Assembly: GCA_036444275.1 (NCBI GenBank)
Contig: JAZGAD010000048.1
Location: 92 to 64,091 of the forward strand
DNA from: Candidatus Hydrothermarchaeales archaeon
GTDB lineage: Archaea; Hydrothermarchaeota; Hydrothermarchaeia; Hydrothermarchaeales; JAZGAD01
Length of the DNA stretch: 64,000 nucleotides
Reading direction: 5' to 3'
Part shown: positions 10,276-19,732 of the stretch, piece by piece
Layout of the letters: every line of letters starts with the position of its first letter
Numbering within the stretch: position 1 is the stretch's first letter
Notes under the pieces: model-generated
What the model saw: the letters and a program-made list of their open reading frames with translations, nothing else
Told to the model about the DNA's origin: nothing
Databases searched by the model: none
Translations under genes and position numbers: made by a program

Positions 10276-10611
10276 TTAGACATTTATCTCACCTGACCCG
10301 ATCTCTCTTTTAGCCAGCTCAGCGCCTTCATAGACATGCTGCCACCCATACCCACCAGGACCTCTAGATTCCACAGTAGGAGCAGCATATACTCCCTCCC
10401 CAAAACTAAACAGACTGAGTAACATAGCCAACGCTAGCACTATCTTTAATGTTCCTCGAATCCTTACTTGCCGGTTAAGCTTTCCTTCCCCCTTTCCTTC
10501 CCCCTTTCTTTCACCTACTTCTACATCCTTCTCTATAAGTATAATTCCTAGAGGTACTAAAGGCTTATTAGAACTACTTATTTCACGTATTTCTTTAAGC
10601 TTATAGCCCAT
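10276..10611 (-). pseudogene. Truncated paralog of the 8665-10197 surface protein
   Basis: A signal peptide followed by APTVESRGPGGYGWQHVYEG matches APTTVESTGPGGYGWQQVYKG in the neighbour. The ORF ends about 15 codons later. Confidence 0.6.
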
Positions 10612-10969
10612 TTTTACCTACCTTTGCCACACTACCCTTTCGTTCTTCCAGTCCTGCCATACGATCCAATTTACCATTGCAAGACCCTATCATCCTAGCA
10701 CACTATTACGAACTTATTTTCCTCCTTTTAATCTGTAAATATTTGGCCGGGAGAGTTCCTAAGGGATTCTTTGTCATTTGAATTTAGGTATACTAAAATT
10801 CCCTTCCACAGATTGCGCCTTGCCATCTGCTCCACGCAGCCCTACTTACTCCTTCCTTCTATGCCACCCCAGAAGTCTTTGTAGTCTTCTCTTATCTTTT
10901 GGAAGTACCTCCTATTTAAATTTGCGTGACATATGTGTCGATTTTAAGGACGCAGACGTAAACGCTAAA

Positions 10970-11110
10970 CTACACGAGCTCTGGGCGTCCACACGCACTT
11001 CCACGAGTTTCACCCTTAGGGATGCCTTCAATAGCGGCCTGTGAAGTGGTTGTTAAGAAGGCATAGACGAAGACGTTGGTATCAATCAAAAAGGTCTGGA
11101 TACCTCTTGC
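10970..11110 (-). pseudogene. PIN-domain toxin remnant
   Basis: The frame reads TFLIDTNVFVYAF (11057-11095), a typical PIN N-terminal motif, but has no start codon and stops early. Confidence 0.4.
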
Positions 11111-11198
11111 TTGCTGAATTAAATGATGATAGAAGAGTGGGCATGGTTAGCGTGAGCAGGAATTTAAACGTTAAACGCTTGAAGTAGATAATGTCTCA

Positions 11199-12512
11199 TC
11201 AAAAAACTATGCTGCAGGAAATAAAAACTGGGATAGGTATAGCCTTTACATCGTCAAAGTCTTTCCATTGATTTTTGCTTAAGAGGATTTTATTTTTAAG
11301 ATCAATTTTCGGAAAGTCTTTTTTATCAACCTTGCCGTACTTTACCTCTATTCCGGTATTATTGACTATAAAATCAACTTCTTTCCTGCCGTGAAAGAAG
11401 AAAGTTTCTCTATTTCTCTTTAAATACTCCCCTACTATCCCTTCTACCAGGCTGGGCTTCTTTTCAGCTGAAACATCGCTGGCGCCGAATGCATATCTGC
11501 TGAAAACCCTGAAAAGAAAGGGGTCAATAAAATAAACCTTTCTTTCAGCCCTATAGACAGGCAAATTCCTGCTTAAATCAAACTTAAAATAGTTTCTCAG
11601 CAAGAAGCATTTTTCCAAAAACTCCAAGTACTCCCTTACAGTCACATGGGAGCCAATCTCCATCTCTTTTGCCACAGAATTCAAAGAAAACCTGCTGCCG
11701 TAGTTTTTTATAACTCCCTGAACAACCGATTTGAATATTCTTTCGCTCCTGTCCAGCTTGCTGATATCTCCCAAAATCCAGTTGACATAGGTTTCATATG
11801 TTTCCTCTTTTATACCCCCGTTTTCCATCAGCTGAAAGGCGCTTAAAGGAAAACCTCCACAGACAATATATCTCTCAAAGAGCTCTTGCAGCTCATCTAT
11901 GAAAGGGAGAAGCTTGAAGGATTTATCAAAAACTTCCTCTATTCTGGCCTTTGCATCTTTCAGAGTATTTTTCAACTCCCCGCTCCCGAACAAAAGGCAG
12001 AATTCCCTAAAATTTAAGGGGAGGAATTCCCTGAAGTTTATCTCCCTTCCCGGAAATCTTTCCTTTTTTAAGGTAGCCGAAGTAGAGCCGGTGATATACA
12101 AATTTTTCATGCCAGAGTCAAGTAAAAATTTTACTGCGGCTTCCCAGTCCCTGACAAAGGTTATTTCATCTAAAAATAAGAATTTCTCCCCTCTACCAAG
12201 CCTATCAAATAGCCCCACAAGCTCGAATATATCTTCTTTTTTCGAGAGCGGCTCACAAGAGAAATAAAGAATATTGCTTGAAGCCGTATTTTTAAGTAAA
12301 TCAAGGATCATAAGCTTTAGAAAAGTGGTTTTGCCAACTTGCCTGGGCCCGATTATTAAGAAATTGCCTTTTTCAAATCTCTGTATAAGCTTGTGCTTTC
12401 TTGAAAGCGCCTGCAAAACTTTTTCATCTTTTTTAATCTCCTCTCTATTCTTCCACCAGGAGTTCTGCTTTGACAAGAGCTCAACATCCATGGCTTGATT
12501 ATCCACTGTCAA
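11199..12512 (-). CDS. AAA+ ATPase (AAA_14 / DUF4143 family)
   Basis: Walker A GPRQVGKTT, Walker B FLDEI, ITGS, GGFP, KVYFIDP and a C-terminal EVDF...IEVK nuclease-like motif. Confidence 0.9.
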   Translation of the reverse strand: MTVDNQAMDVELLSKQNSWWKNREEIKKDEKVLQALSRKHKLIQRFEKGNFLIIGPRQVGKTTFLKLMILDLLKNTASSNILYFSCEPLSKKEDIFELVGLFDRLGRGEKFLFLDEITFVRDWEAAVKFLLDSGMKNLYITGSTSATLKKERFPGREINFREFLPLNFREFCLLFGSGELKNTLKDAKARIEEVFDKSFKLLPFIDELQELFERYIVCGGFPLSAFQLMENGGIKEETYETYVNWILGDISKLDRSERIFKSVVQGVIKNYGSRFSLNSVAKEMEIGSHVTVREYLEFLEKCFLLRNYFKFDLSRNLPVYRAERKVYFIDPFLFRVFSRYAFGASDVSAEKKPSLVEGIVGEYLKRNRETFFFHGRKEVDFIVNNTGIEVKYGKVDKKDFPKIDLKNKILLSKNQWKDFDDVKAIPIPVFISCSIVF

Positions 12513-12560
12513 AATATATAAATTTTTTGATAGTCACTATCAAATTTGTATATACTTTGG

Positions 12561-12789
12561 TCAGAAGAGTGTCATAGTTTCAAGGTCATGTGCGATTAGT
12601 TTGCCAAACCAATAACTTCCAATGGCCAAGCCAGACATGAACCAGGTCAAAATCGTGCTCACAGCATAGATAGATATGCCAAAGATAGGTAAGCTGCCTG
12701 CTCCAAACTACCTCGTAGATGAGGGCTGAGACATTCGAGAGTGTGAACCCGAAGAGAAGCACCTTGTCTTTATATTTCATGAGGATCAT
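12561..12789 (-). pseudogene. Frameshifted N-terminal fragment of a fused MFS/spermidine synthase-like membrane protein
   Basis: SALIYEVVWSRQLT continues in a shifted frame as IFGISIYAVSTILTWFMSGLAIGSYWFGKL, the family consensus, then stops. Confidence 0.75.
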
Positions 12790-12983
12790 CTCAAAGGGAT
12801 TCTATTACGAGTAGAGTAGTAATTGATGGCCCCGGTATCAGTTTGACTGCTCTTTATTACATTAAAGATAACCATTTGGAGGTATGGCTTTTAGGGACTT
12901 ATAAGGATAATGCATAAACAAAAACAAAATATCCTGCAATAGCATTTAATGATAATATTTAATATGAGATTAGAGCACGCTAA

Positions 12984-13301
12984 TTGGGTAGGGTTCCTTC
13001 AAGAAAAGGGGGGATAACCAGCTCTGGAGCAACCGCACTTGGAAATGAGAACCTAGGTGATGCTGAAGAATTCATACTACTCGCCAACCGCGAACTCGAC
13101 GCTGTAGAAGCCGAGTATTCCCTGGTAAGGGCAAAGTACGATGCAGCAAGGGACAACATACTCACGTATATCGTTGCGAGAGCAGTACGGGCTAAGCATA
13201 GGCTGAGCGACATAGAGTTGGAGAGACAAGTGCTGGACGATTTGATGAAGAGGACGCAGAAGAAGTACTACAGGGAGACGGCGATGAATAGGCATAGCTG
13301 A
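12984..13301 (+). CDS. Hypothetical coiled-coil protein (start uncertain)
   Basis: 105-aa ORF with E/A/R/L-rich helical composition. Confidence 0.45.
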   Translation: MGRVPSRKGGITSSGATALGNENLGDAEEFILLANRELDAVEAEYSLVRAKYDAARDNILTYIVARAVRAKHRLSDIELERQVLDDLMKRTQKKYYRETAMNRHS

Positions 13302-13328
13302 GGCAAGGATGACAGGCTACCGAATCGA

Positions 13329-13444
13329 TCTAGGACACTAGAGATAGACGAGCTGGAACCACTGCTAAAGGCAAAACAAGAGAAGTTTAGATCAATGCAA
13401 ATACTCGGAGCACTGCGTGCCTCCACTTTATCTATCTAGCTTAT
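13329..13444 (+). repeat. Direct repeat copy 1 (~112 bp) left of the PIN TA module
   Basis: gacactagagatagacgagctg...gcactgcgtgcctccact...ctagcttat recurs at 14508-14619 with a few mismatches. Confidence 0.95.
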
Positions 13445-13623
13445 TTGAATTTTCTGATTGTTGATTGTTGAGTAACTCAACAATTGCTAAAAATTTGTTA
13501 AAAATAGGCCTATAAAAGATTTCAGTGTTTACAAAATAAAAAATAACATTAAAATTAAAAGAGAGTATAATAGTCCCAAAAAAAAACTACTCTCTTAATT
13601 GGGCGAGCGAAGCGAGTCTTATA

Positions 13624-14051
13624 TTATATCTCCTTCAAAAATTCATCAGGACTTTTAAAAGTAACTCTGTCCTTGATTTTCATCCCACTAAGGCGCCTAT
13701 TTGCTGTCACAAAAACATCACACATAGCATGGATACAAGCCGCAATGTGAGGAATATCATCGGCATCGGCTACAAGGGGCTTAAACTCTTCAAGGTTTAG
13801 TTCTTTGATTTTAACAATTTCAAGTTGAGAAATCGACATGATCATCTGCCTCATTTTTCCAGCTGTGTCTTTCCCATATCGCCGTTTGATATTTAGTATA
13901 ATTTCTTCGGTAGAATAGTCAGATATCACGCAGGTGAAATCCCCTTTTAACGCATTTATAATAATCTGTGAAGAATAATAATCTGTGAAGAACTACTTTC
14001 AGGATGATCTAATGCCAATAGAAAGACATTCGTATCAAGGTATGCCTTCAT
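13624..14051 (-). pseudogene. PIN-domain (VapC-like) toxin disrupted by a 17-bp tandem duplication
   Basis: Starts MKAYLDTNVFLLAL at 14051 (ATGA overlap with the antitoxin). TAATAATCTGTGAAGAA occurs twice at 13959-13992. Removing one copy gives a 136-aa PIN protein ending DADDIPHIAAC...FVTANRR. Confidence 0.85.
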
Positions 14052-14263
14052 TTAAAGTGCTTCCTGAAAATCTCTTTCCGTGTCTCTTTTAGAGATGCCA
14101 GTATCTCTTTCTCAGAAAGCATGGCCCCACCTGACGCCTTGGCTGCCCTCTTGACTTCTCCCAGCAGGTCCTCGGGCGTAATCTTTCCCCTCTCAAGTAG
14201 GCCTTTAAGAATAGTCGGCTCTTCTAGGGTTATCGGAGACGATTTCTTTGCTACAGTTTCCAT
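14048..14263 (-). CDS. Putative antitoxin of the PIN toxin
   Basis: 71-aa ORF (METVAKK...) upstream of and translationally coupled to the PIN gene. Confidence 0.65.
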   Translation of the reverse strand: METVAKKSSPITLEEPTILKGLLERGKITPEDLLGEVKRAAKASGGAMLSEKEILASLKETRKEIFRKHFK

Positions 14264-14507
14264 ATAAATCACATTTATCTCTGTATAGTAACGTTTATAA
14301 ATTTCGCGGCTTAGAACATAAGCGCTTCCAGCGCAACTATGTACAATTTCCTGTGCTATGAAATTCGTACATTTCGTACATGCCCGGACGGATGCTTTCC
14401 CTTCTCGGGGTGCGGATGCAACTTGGAACAACGTGAGGCAAAGTTAAAAGGAAAAAAGGGGCGAATGATCAAATATCATTAACTTTTGAGACATTGCCAG
14501 CTACCGC

Positions 14508-14619
14508 TCTAAGACACTAGAGATAGACGAGCTGAAACCAGTGCTAAAGGCAAAACAAGAGAAGTTTAGATCAATGCAAATACTCGGAGCACTGCGTGCC
14601 TCCACTCTATCTAGCTTAT
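14508..14619 (+). repeat. Direct repeat copy 2 right of the PIN TA module
   Basis: Near-identical to 13329-13444. Confidence 0.95.
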
Positions 14620-14713
14620 GAACATTTTTGATGTTTGCTCTAGAGAAATGAAACCTTAAATACTGCAGGTTTACAGAGCCACCCCTCTACCCATTTACCA
14701 TCCATGAAATGGG

Positions 14714-15247
14714 TTATTTAATGGCCTTAGCGATCCTTTCTGGTAGGGAATCTAATTTTGAATCTATACTCCCCAAAGAATCTATTATCACTCCAGTATT
14801 AGCCTCAACCCGCTCAGTATTAGCCTCAATCCCCTTCAATCGTTCATTACCTCGCTCAGTATTAGCCTCAACCCGCTCAGTATTAGCCTCAATCCCCTTC
14901 AATCGTTCATTACCTATATCTAGCTTTCTCGAAATCTCACCGAGTTCCTCTACCTCCAATCTCGCAAAGCTAGGTGGGAGTGGAAATTCAATTGAGATCT
15001 CTTTCTTTTCCAAACTCTCAACGAAAATACCGGATGGCAACTCTTCTTTGATCTGAATATCTTCTAAGAACCTGTTCAAAAAGTCCTCATGACCCTCGCA
15101 TATGATTTTAACAGAACCGTCAACATCATTCCATGGGAAACCCTTGAGATTGAAAAGCTCCGCTGTGCCTTCCACCCGCTTTCTATACCCTGCATCTTGG
15201 ACCTGCCCTCTGATGACGACATAATATCGTTTAACCCTGTCTCCCAT
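14714..15247 (-). CDS. Acylphosphatase-domain protein with coiled-coil tail
   Basis: IRGQVQDAGYRK...LKG..WNDVDGSVKIICEG matches acylphosphatase motifs. The tail has a 63-bp tandem duplication. Confidence 0.8.
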   Translation of the reverse strand: MGDRVKRYYVVIRGQVQDAGYRKRVEGTAELFNLKGFPWNDVDGSVKIICEGHEDFLNRFLEDIQIKEELPSGIFVESLEKKEISIEFPLPPSFARLEVEELGEISRKLDIGNERLKGIEANTERVEANTERGNERLKGIEANTERVEANTGVIIDSLGSIDSKLDSLPERIAKAIK

Positions 15248-15701
15248 CGATTCGCACCGCTTTACGATTGGCTATTATCACATATAAATATAGCGAGGAA
15301 GCAGTACCAATGCGCATGCTGGCCGCTGTTCCAAAGAATGGGACACTATATGGAGGGAAATACTAGACTACCATCTGCATTATACCTCAAGCCCCCCTTT
15401 TCAACAATCAAATACTCAATTCCTCCTTACCAGAATCAAGCTGAGACACCAACTCATCCCTTTCCATTGAGACAAGGGGCAAAGTGAACTAAGCTAAGCT
15501 ATTCCTCGACAACCTCTTCGCCCTTGTCGTAGTTGCTGCAACTGTTTCTGGAGTAAGTGTATTTGGATACTATAGGCTTCTAACTGCTAGGAGGAGGAAA
15601 AATTCCCTTCTCGTCTTGGTATCAAACTTTGTGTCCACGATAAATGGTTTAATAGCTCCATTATGCAGTGAATGTATCAAGAAGCTGAGGCTAGCTTGAT
15701 C

Positions 15702-16223
15702 CTATAGCTTCTCAAGTTCTTCTTTAATCACGCTGTAGTCTTTTGGGCTTATCCTCCAGCCAGTTTTGACCATGCTTTCAAAGGCGTCTATCACCTCTTT
15801 CTTGCTTATCATTTTCTTTTTGTAGAGAACTATGAATAGATATACGCTGCCCCTCGCCGGGATATTCAGTATCCTGCTTATTTTTCTTGCTGTGTATTCA
15901 TCTACTATCGCCGTAGCATTTTTCTCCTTCGCAAGGGCTAGGACTTCTGATTCTCCCTCATGCAGCGGCTTCAGCTCATTGGATGCAGCACTTTTTACTA
16001 GATCAAGAAAGTCTTTATCTTCTACGTCCGCAATAACTATCGTGCCGTTCTCTATGAGCTTTTCTATCACGTAAGAATCTGGAGCGCCTTTTTCCTTTCC
16101 ATGAACAACAACAACATTATAAACTTCTCTTGGAATCGCAAGATCTCCAAGCTTCTCAAAGATATTGCTATAGCCAGCCCTGACGATGTGTATCAGCGGG
16201 CTGGCGTTTAAAACAAACTTCAT
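15702..16223 (-). CDS. PIN-domain protein (DUF3368 family toxin)
   Basis: FVLNASPLI, LHEGESEVLALA and IVDEYTARK motifs. Confidence 0.85.
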   Translation of the reverse strand: MKFVLNASPLIHIVRAGYSNIFEKLGDLAIPREVYNVVVVHGKEKGAPDSYVIEKLIENGTIVIADVEDKDFLDLVKSAASNELKPLHEGESEVLALAKEKNATAIVDEYTARKISRILNIPARGSVYLFIVLYKKKMISKKEVIDAFESMVKTGWRISPKDYSVIKEELEKL

Positions 16224-16519
16224 CTCATCCCTGCTTTAATATCTTCTAAAACGTCCTCTGCCCTGATTGGCAGGATTATCCCTTTTTCTTCTAGGAGGTC
16301 TAACATTTCCCATATTGTTAGGTCTGCGATCTTGGCAGCTTTCCACAAGGTGGTTTTACCCTGCTGCAATAGCTCTAAAGCGTATTCCTTTTTCCACTCT
16401 CCTATCCCTTTCTTTAATAATTTCCTTAGAGCTGTTGATTTGTCCAGCCCCTCTGTTTTCACAACAACTTCAAACTCCTTTTCTATATCCTTTGGGATTC
16501 GCACAGCTACAGTCTTCAT
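16220..16519 (-). CDS. UPF0175 family antitoxin
   Basis: RHH-like N-terminus plus ALELLQQGKTTLWKAAKIADLTIWEM. Overlaps the toxin start. Confidence 0.85.
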   Translation of the reverse strand: MKTVAVRIPKDIEKEFEVVVKTEGLDKSTALRKLLKKGIGEWKKEYALELLQQGKTTLWKAAKIADLTIWEMLDLLEEKGIILPIRAEDVLEDIKAGMR

Positions 16520-16703
16520 ATATATTGTTTGCAAATATAACGAATGTAAACATTATAAGATTCAGGTCTCAAGGTGTTGGAGGATAACAAAAACATTTTT
16601 CCGAGATATGTGTTTGATAACTATACGTGGTTCGTGGAATAGAACCTACAAACTAAAATATAACCCACAAATTATTTAATTCCAGTTCTACTGTATAATA
16701 GCA

Positions 16704-18620
16704 ATGAGGGCCCTAACGATTGCGCTTGTACTCCTACTGTTATCTCTCCCAGCAACATATGCAGGGGACCTCGACGTAGCCCGTGAAGCTGGGAAGGAGT
16801 ACGCGAAGTTCCGGGAAAGGATAGCTGTTGAAGGCCCATTCTACGTAGCTGGCCAGCCTTACTATGTTCTGGATTACGTTTCTAGAGAAGGTGTCAGGGC
16901 ATCACTTGTCTATGATTATAGTGCAGGAGAATTCATCTCTGGAGAGACTGCAAGCAAGGTGCTGGCGACCCGAGATTTGAAGAGCCTCTTGCTCTGGGAT
17001 CCGCTCTTCTATGCCATTGGCGACGCCGATAAGATCCCGCTTGCAGCTAGATATGAGACACAGAACGTCCGCAACTTTGCAGAGTTCGCTACTCTGAGCA
17101 AGGAAGAGAGAGAACAGTTAGAGCAATTCCTTGCCGACTATGAGCAGACCGCCAGGGATATAGCAGAAGTAAGCAGGATCACCAACTCTATGCTCTACCC
17201 AAAAGGCATAGAGTTCATCTACAGGAGGTCATCCCCATATATCACCATCAACATCAGAGATACAGCTACCGAGGGACACTTCTCATACGAGGGCTTCAAG
17301 GAGTTGATAGATTCATATAACACTGTTTATTCTGATTATCAACGCCTGATATTAGACTTGCGTGTGTTCGCAGGAGAGCTTGAGGAATACCTACCAGGCG
17401 AGACGATAAGGGAAAAATGGGAGGTGGAGATGACCAAGGAGAGTCTTCTGACAGAGGTATCTCTAGCTGGGCAGAACGCGCGCTTACTTAAGGGGGAGAT
17501 AGACGTGCGAAATGATATAGCATCATGGCCTTACAATGAAACAATAGGCACCCCTGAAGAGGTAGGTCGAAAGGAATTTCCAAAGGGCTTTTTAATTCTA
17601 TGGATACTCCTAGCTGTTGCAGCCTTGCTGTTCTACTTCAGGAAACGCCCGCCTGCAATACTGCTTCTAGTAGTGTGTGCAACCCTAGTAGGGACCTTGG
17701 GTCAAGCTCTCGTGGAACCTCAAATCCCCAAGCCTGAAGAGTTAATCTCTAAGAAGATAACCGATACAAGCGCAGTGCCGGTAACAATACTGGCGGAAGG
17801 CGTAGACGAGAGTACGATAAGAGAACTCCTCAAGGGTTTCCCTCTCCTCCTCGAGGGTCAGGGAGTCTATATCAGGGGGCCGTACTATTACTACGGCAGG
17901 CCCAACTACCTCTTTGATGTGGTTGAAAACAATGTATCCACAGGCTTCGCGTTCCTCATCGATGCCACTACCCTGCGTTTCGTTGGGGATCAACGCATGG
18001 CATTCCAGCTCTTTAAGGCAATCTTCTTATCAGACATGGTGCAGCGCCAGCCTCTCTACACGGGCGTGGACCATGAGGCTATTGCAGATACTGCAGCCGA
18101 GTCCGCACCACCCCTAGATGTGTTCTTAGCGAACCTCTCGACGAATATCGAGGAAGGGCAGACGCTGGAGACGAGCCTCGTGGAAAAGCCTGATTTTGAA
18201 ACAGTAATGAAGCTGACAAAGAATTACATCAAAACCTTCATGCTCCTGCATAACCTGGAGAAGCTTACATCGCCAGAGGAAACGAGGAGTATGACCCAAG
18301 GATTCTCTGAACAAAAAACTGCCATCGAGGCATATGCCAGAGCCATGAGGGGCCTCTCAGCCGACGAGTACCTAGAAGCGAGAAGGGCCCAGTATATAGG
18401 GCGCAGTTTGAATAGGCTGCCCCTGATGAAAAAGCTATCAGCGATGGGGATGTCACCAAGTAGAGCCCAAGTTGTGCATGACCTGACGAGCGACCTCCTC
18501 TATGACAACATATTCCTATGGCGCTTGGAGAAGCCGAGAGATCCAAACCTCTTCGCCCGCCTAGCCTTTAAAGAAGGTACATTTACCCTACCGGGGACAG
18601 CGAACGTCACGCAGAGTTAG
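16704..18620 (+). CDS. Hypothetical membrane-anchored secreted protein with two related halves
   Basis: 638 aa with an N-terminal signal peptide, a central pair of hydrophobic helices and a repeated GPxYxxGxPxY motif. Confidence 0.85.
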   Translation: MRALTIALVLLLLSLPATYAGDLDVAREAGKEYAKFRERIAVEGPFYVAGQPYYVLDYVSREGVRASLVYDYSAGEFISGETASKVLATRDLKSLLLWDPLFYAIGDADKIPLAARYETQNVRNFAEFATLSKEEREQLEQFLADYEQTARDIAEVSRITNSMLYPKGIEFIYRRSSPYITINIRDTATEGHFSYEGFKELIDSYNTVYSDYQRLILDLRVFAGELEEYLPGETIREKWEVEMTKESLLTEVSLAGQNARLLKGEIDVRNDIASWPYNETIGTPEEVGRKEFPKGFLILWILLAVAALLFYFRKRPPAILLLVVCATLVGTLGQALVEPQIPKPEELISKKITDTSAVPVTILAEGVDESTIRELLKGFPLLLEGQGVYIRGPYYYYGRPNYLFDVVENNVSTGFAFLIDATTLRFVGDQRMAFQLFKAIFLSDMVQRQPLYTGVDHEAIADTAAESAPPLDVFLANLSTNIEEGQTLETSLVEKPDFETVMKLTKNYIKTFMLLHNLEKLTSPEETRSMTQGFSEQKTAIEAYARAMRGLSADEYLEARRAQYIGRSLNRLPLMKKLSAMGMSPSRAQVVHDLTSDLLYDNIFLWRLEKPRDPNLFARLAFKEGTFTLPGTANVTQS

Positions 18621-18785
18621 GATGTAGTAGTCGTACCTAACTTAGACTCTACCCTCTTGCTGCATCTTCCATTAGGGAGAAACACCTTCCCGTAATTCAT
18701 GATAGAGTTACGTGCAACGTAGCAAAAGAAAGGGCATATTAGGCTTTATTAGGCGTTATAAGAGTTTTAATAATTATTATTAATG

Positions 18786-18800
18786 ACAAAATTTATAAAT
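18786..18800 (+). promoter_or_regulatory. Archaeal BRE/TATA box of the fpo/nuo operon
   Basis: acaaaaTTTATAAAt about 25 nt upstream of the nuoA ATG. Confidence 0.55.
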
Positions 18801-18823
18801 GGGTTTCACCCTCCGGTGTTCAT

Positions 18824-19204
18824 ATGACTATTTACGAATATTACATACCAGTAGCCATATTCATAATTGTTGGATTGCTTTTCCCGATTGCTGCGATGGT
18901 GTCCTCCTGGCTTTTTAGAGTCAAAAATCCCTATCCTGAGAAGCTCACGACCTTTGAATGCGGTGAGATACCAATTGGCAATGCACAGATCCAATTCGAC
19001 ATACAGTATTACATGTTCGCAATCCTCTTCGTAGTGTTTGACATAGAGACTGTCTTCCTCTATCCATGGGCGCTGGTATTCCCAGAACTCGGGATGCTAG
19101 CTGTGCTCGAGATGATCCTTTTCATCGCTATCTTAGCACTCGGCTTGATATACGCCTGGAAAAAGGGAGTCCTAGAATGGATGCCCCTTACCTGGAGGGA
19201 TTAA
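18824..19204 (+). CDS. nuoA: Complex I-like subunit A (FpoA/NuoA)
   Basis: KLTTFECGE, YYMFAILFVVFDIETVFLYPWA, YAWKKGVLEW. Confidence 0.95.
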   Translation: MTIYEYYIPVAIFIIVGLLFPIAAMVSSWLFRVKNPYPEKLTTFECGEIPIGNAQIQFDIQYYMFAILFVVFDIETVFLYPWALVFPELGMLAVLEMILFIAILALGLIYAWKKGVLEWMPLTWRD

Positions 19205-19732
19205 ATGAAGGTTCCAGTGGCCTTTGCAAAAAAAGACGACCTCTTGAAGATCGCAGAAGACGAAGATAAGAGGTCCGCTGTCGTAGAAAGCATGAAAAAC
19301 GGCAGGGACTACCTTATCAGGTGGGGGCGTAAATCATCATTATGGGGGTATGCCTTCGGCCTCGCCTGCTGTTCAGTAGAGATGATATGTTTTGGAGCAG
19401 CGAGGTGGGACGCTGACAGGTTCGGCGTGATCTTCAGAGGCTCCCCTAGGCAGTCAGACCTCATGATCGTGGGGGGCACTGTAACCAAGATGATGGCACC
19501 CCGCATAAGGCGTTTGTACCATCAGATGGCAGAGCCCAGGTGGGTAATCGCCACTGGAGAATGCGCCATAACAGGCGGCCCGTTTTGGGATTCCTACAGC
19601 ATCGTAATGGGCACAGATAAAATAATCCCAGTAGACGTTGTTATCCCGGGTTGCCCAGCTAATCCAGATGCGCTTTTCGACGGCATAATAAAATTGCAGA
19701 AGAAGATAATGGAAGGGGACGCTGGAAGGTGA
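19205..19732 (+). CDS. nuoB: Complex I-like subunit B (FpoB/NuoB)
   Basis: [28 protein letters not shown]. Confidence 0.95.
   Translation: MKVPVAFAKKDDLLKIAEDEDKRSAVVESMKNGRDYLIRWGRKSSLWGYAFGLACCSVEMICFGAARWDADRFGVIFRGSPRQSDLMIVGGTVTKMMAPRIRRLYHQMAEPRWVIATGECAITGGPFWDSYSIVMGTDKIIPVDVVIPGCPANPDALFDGIIKLQKKIMEGDAGR

Noticed and set aside
14794-14915. CRISPR-like repeats
   Set aside because: These are in-frame coding tandem repeats without unique spacers. No cas genes or arrays were seen in the window.
15490-15700. TM + RRRK segment resembling a surface-protein C-terminal anchor remnant
   Set aside because: No start codon or recognisable upstream domain, so too weak to call.
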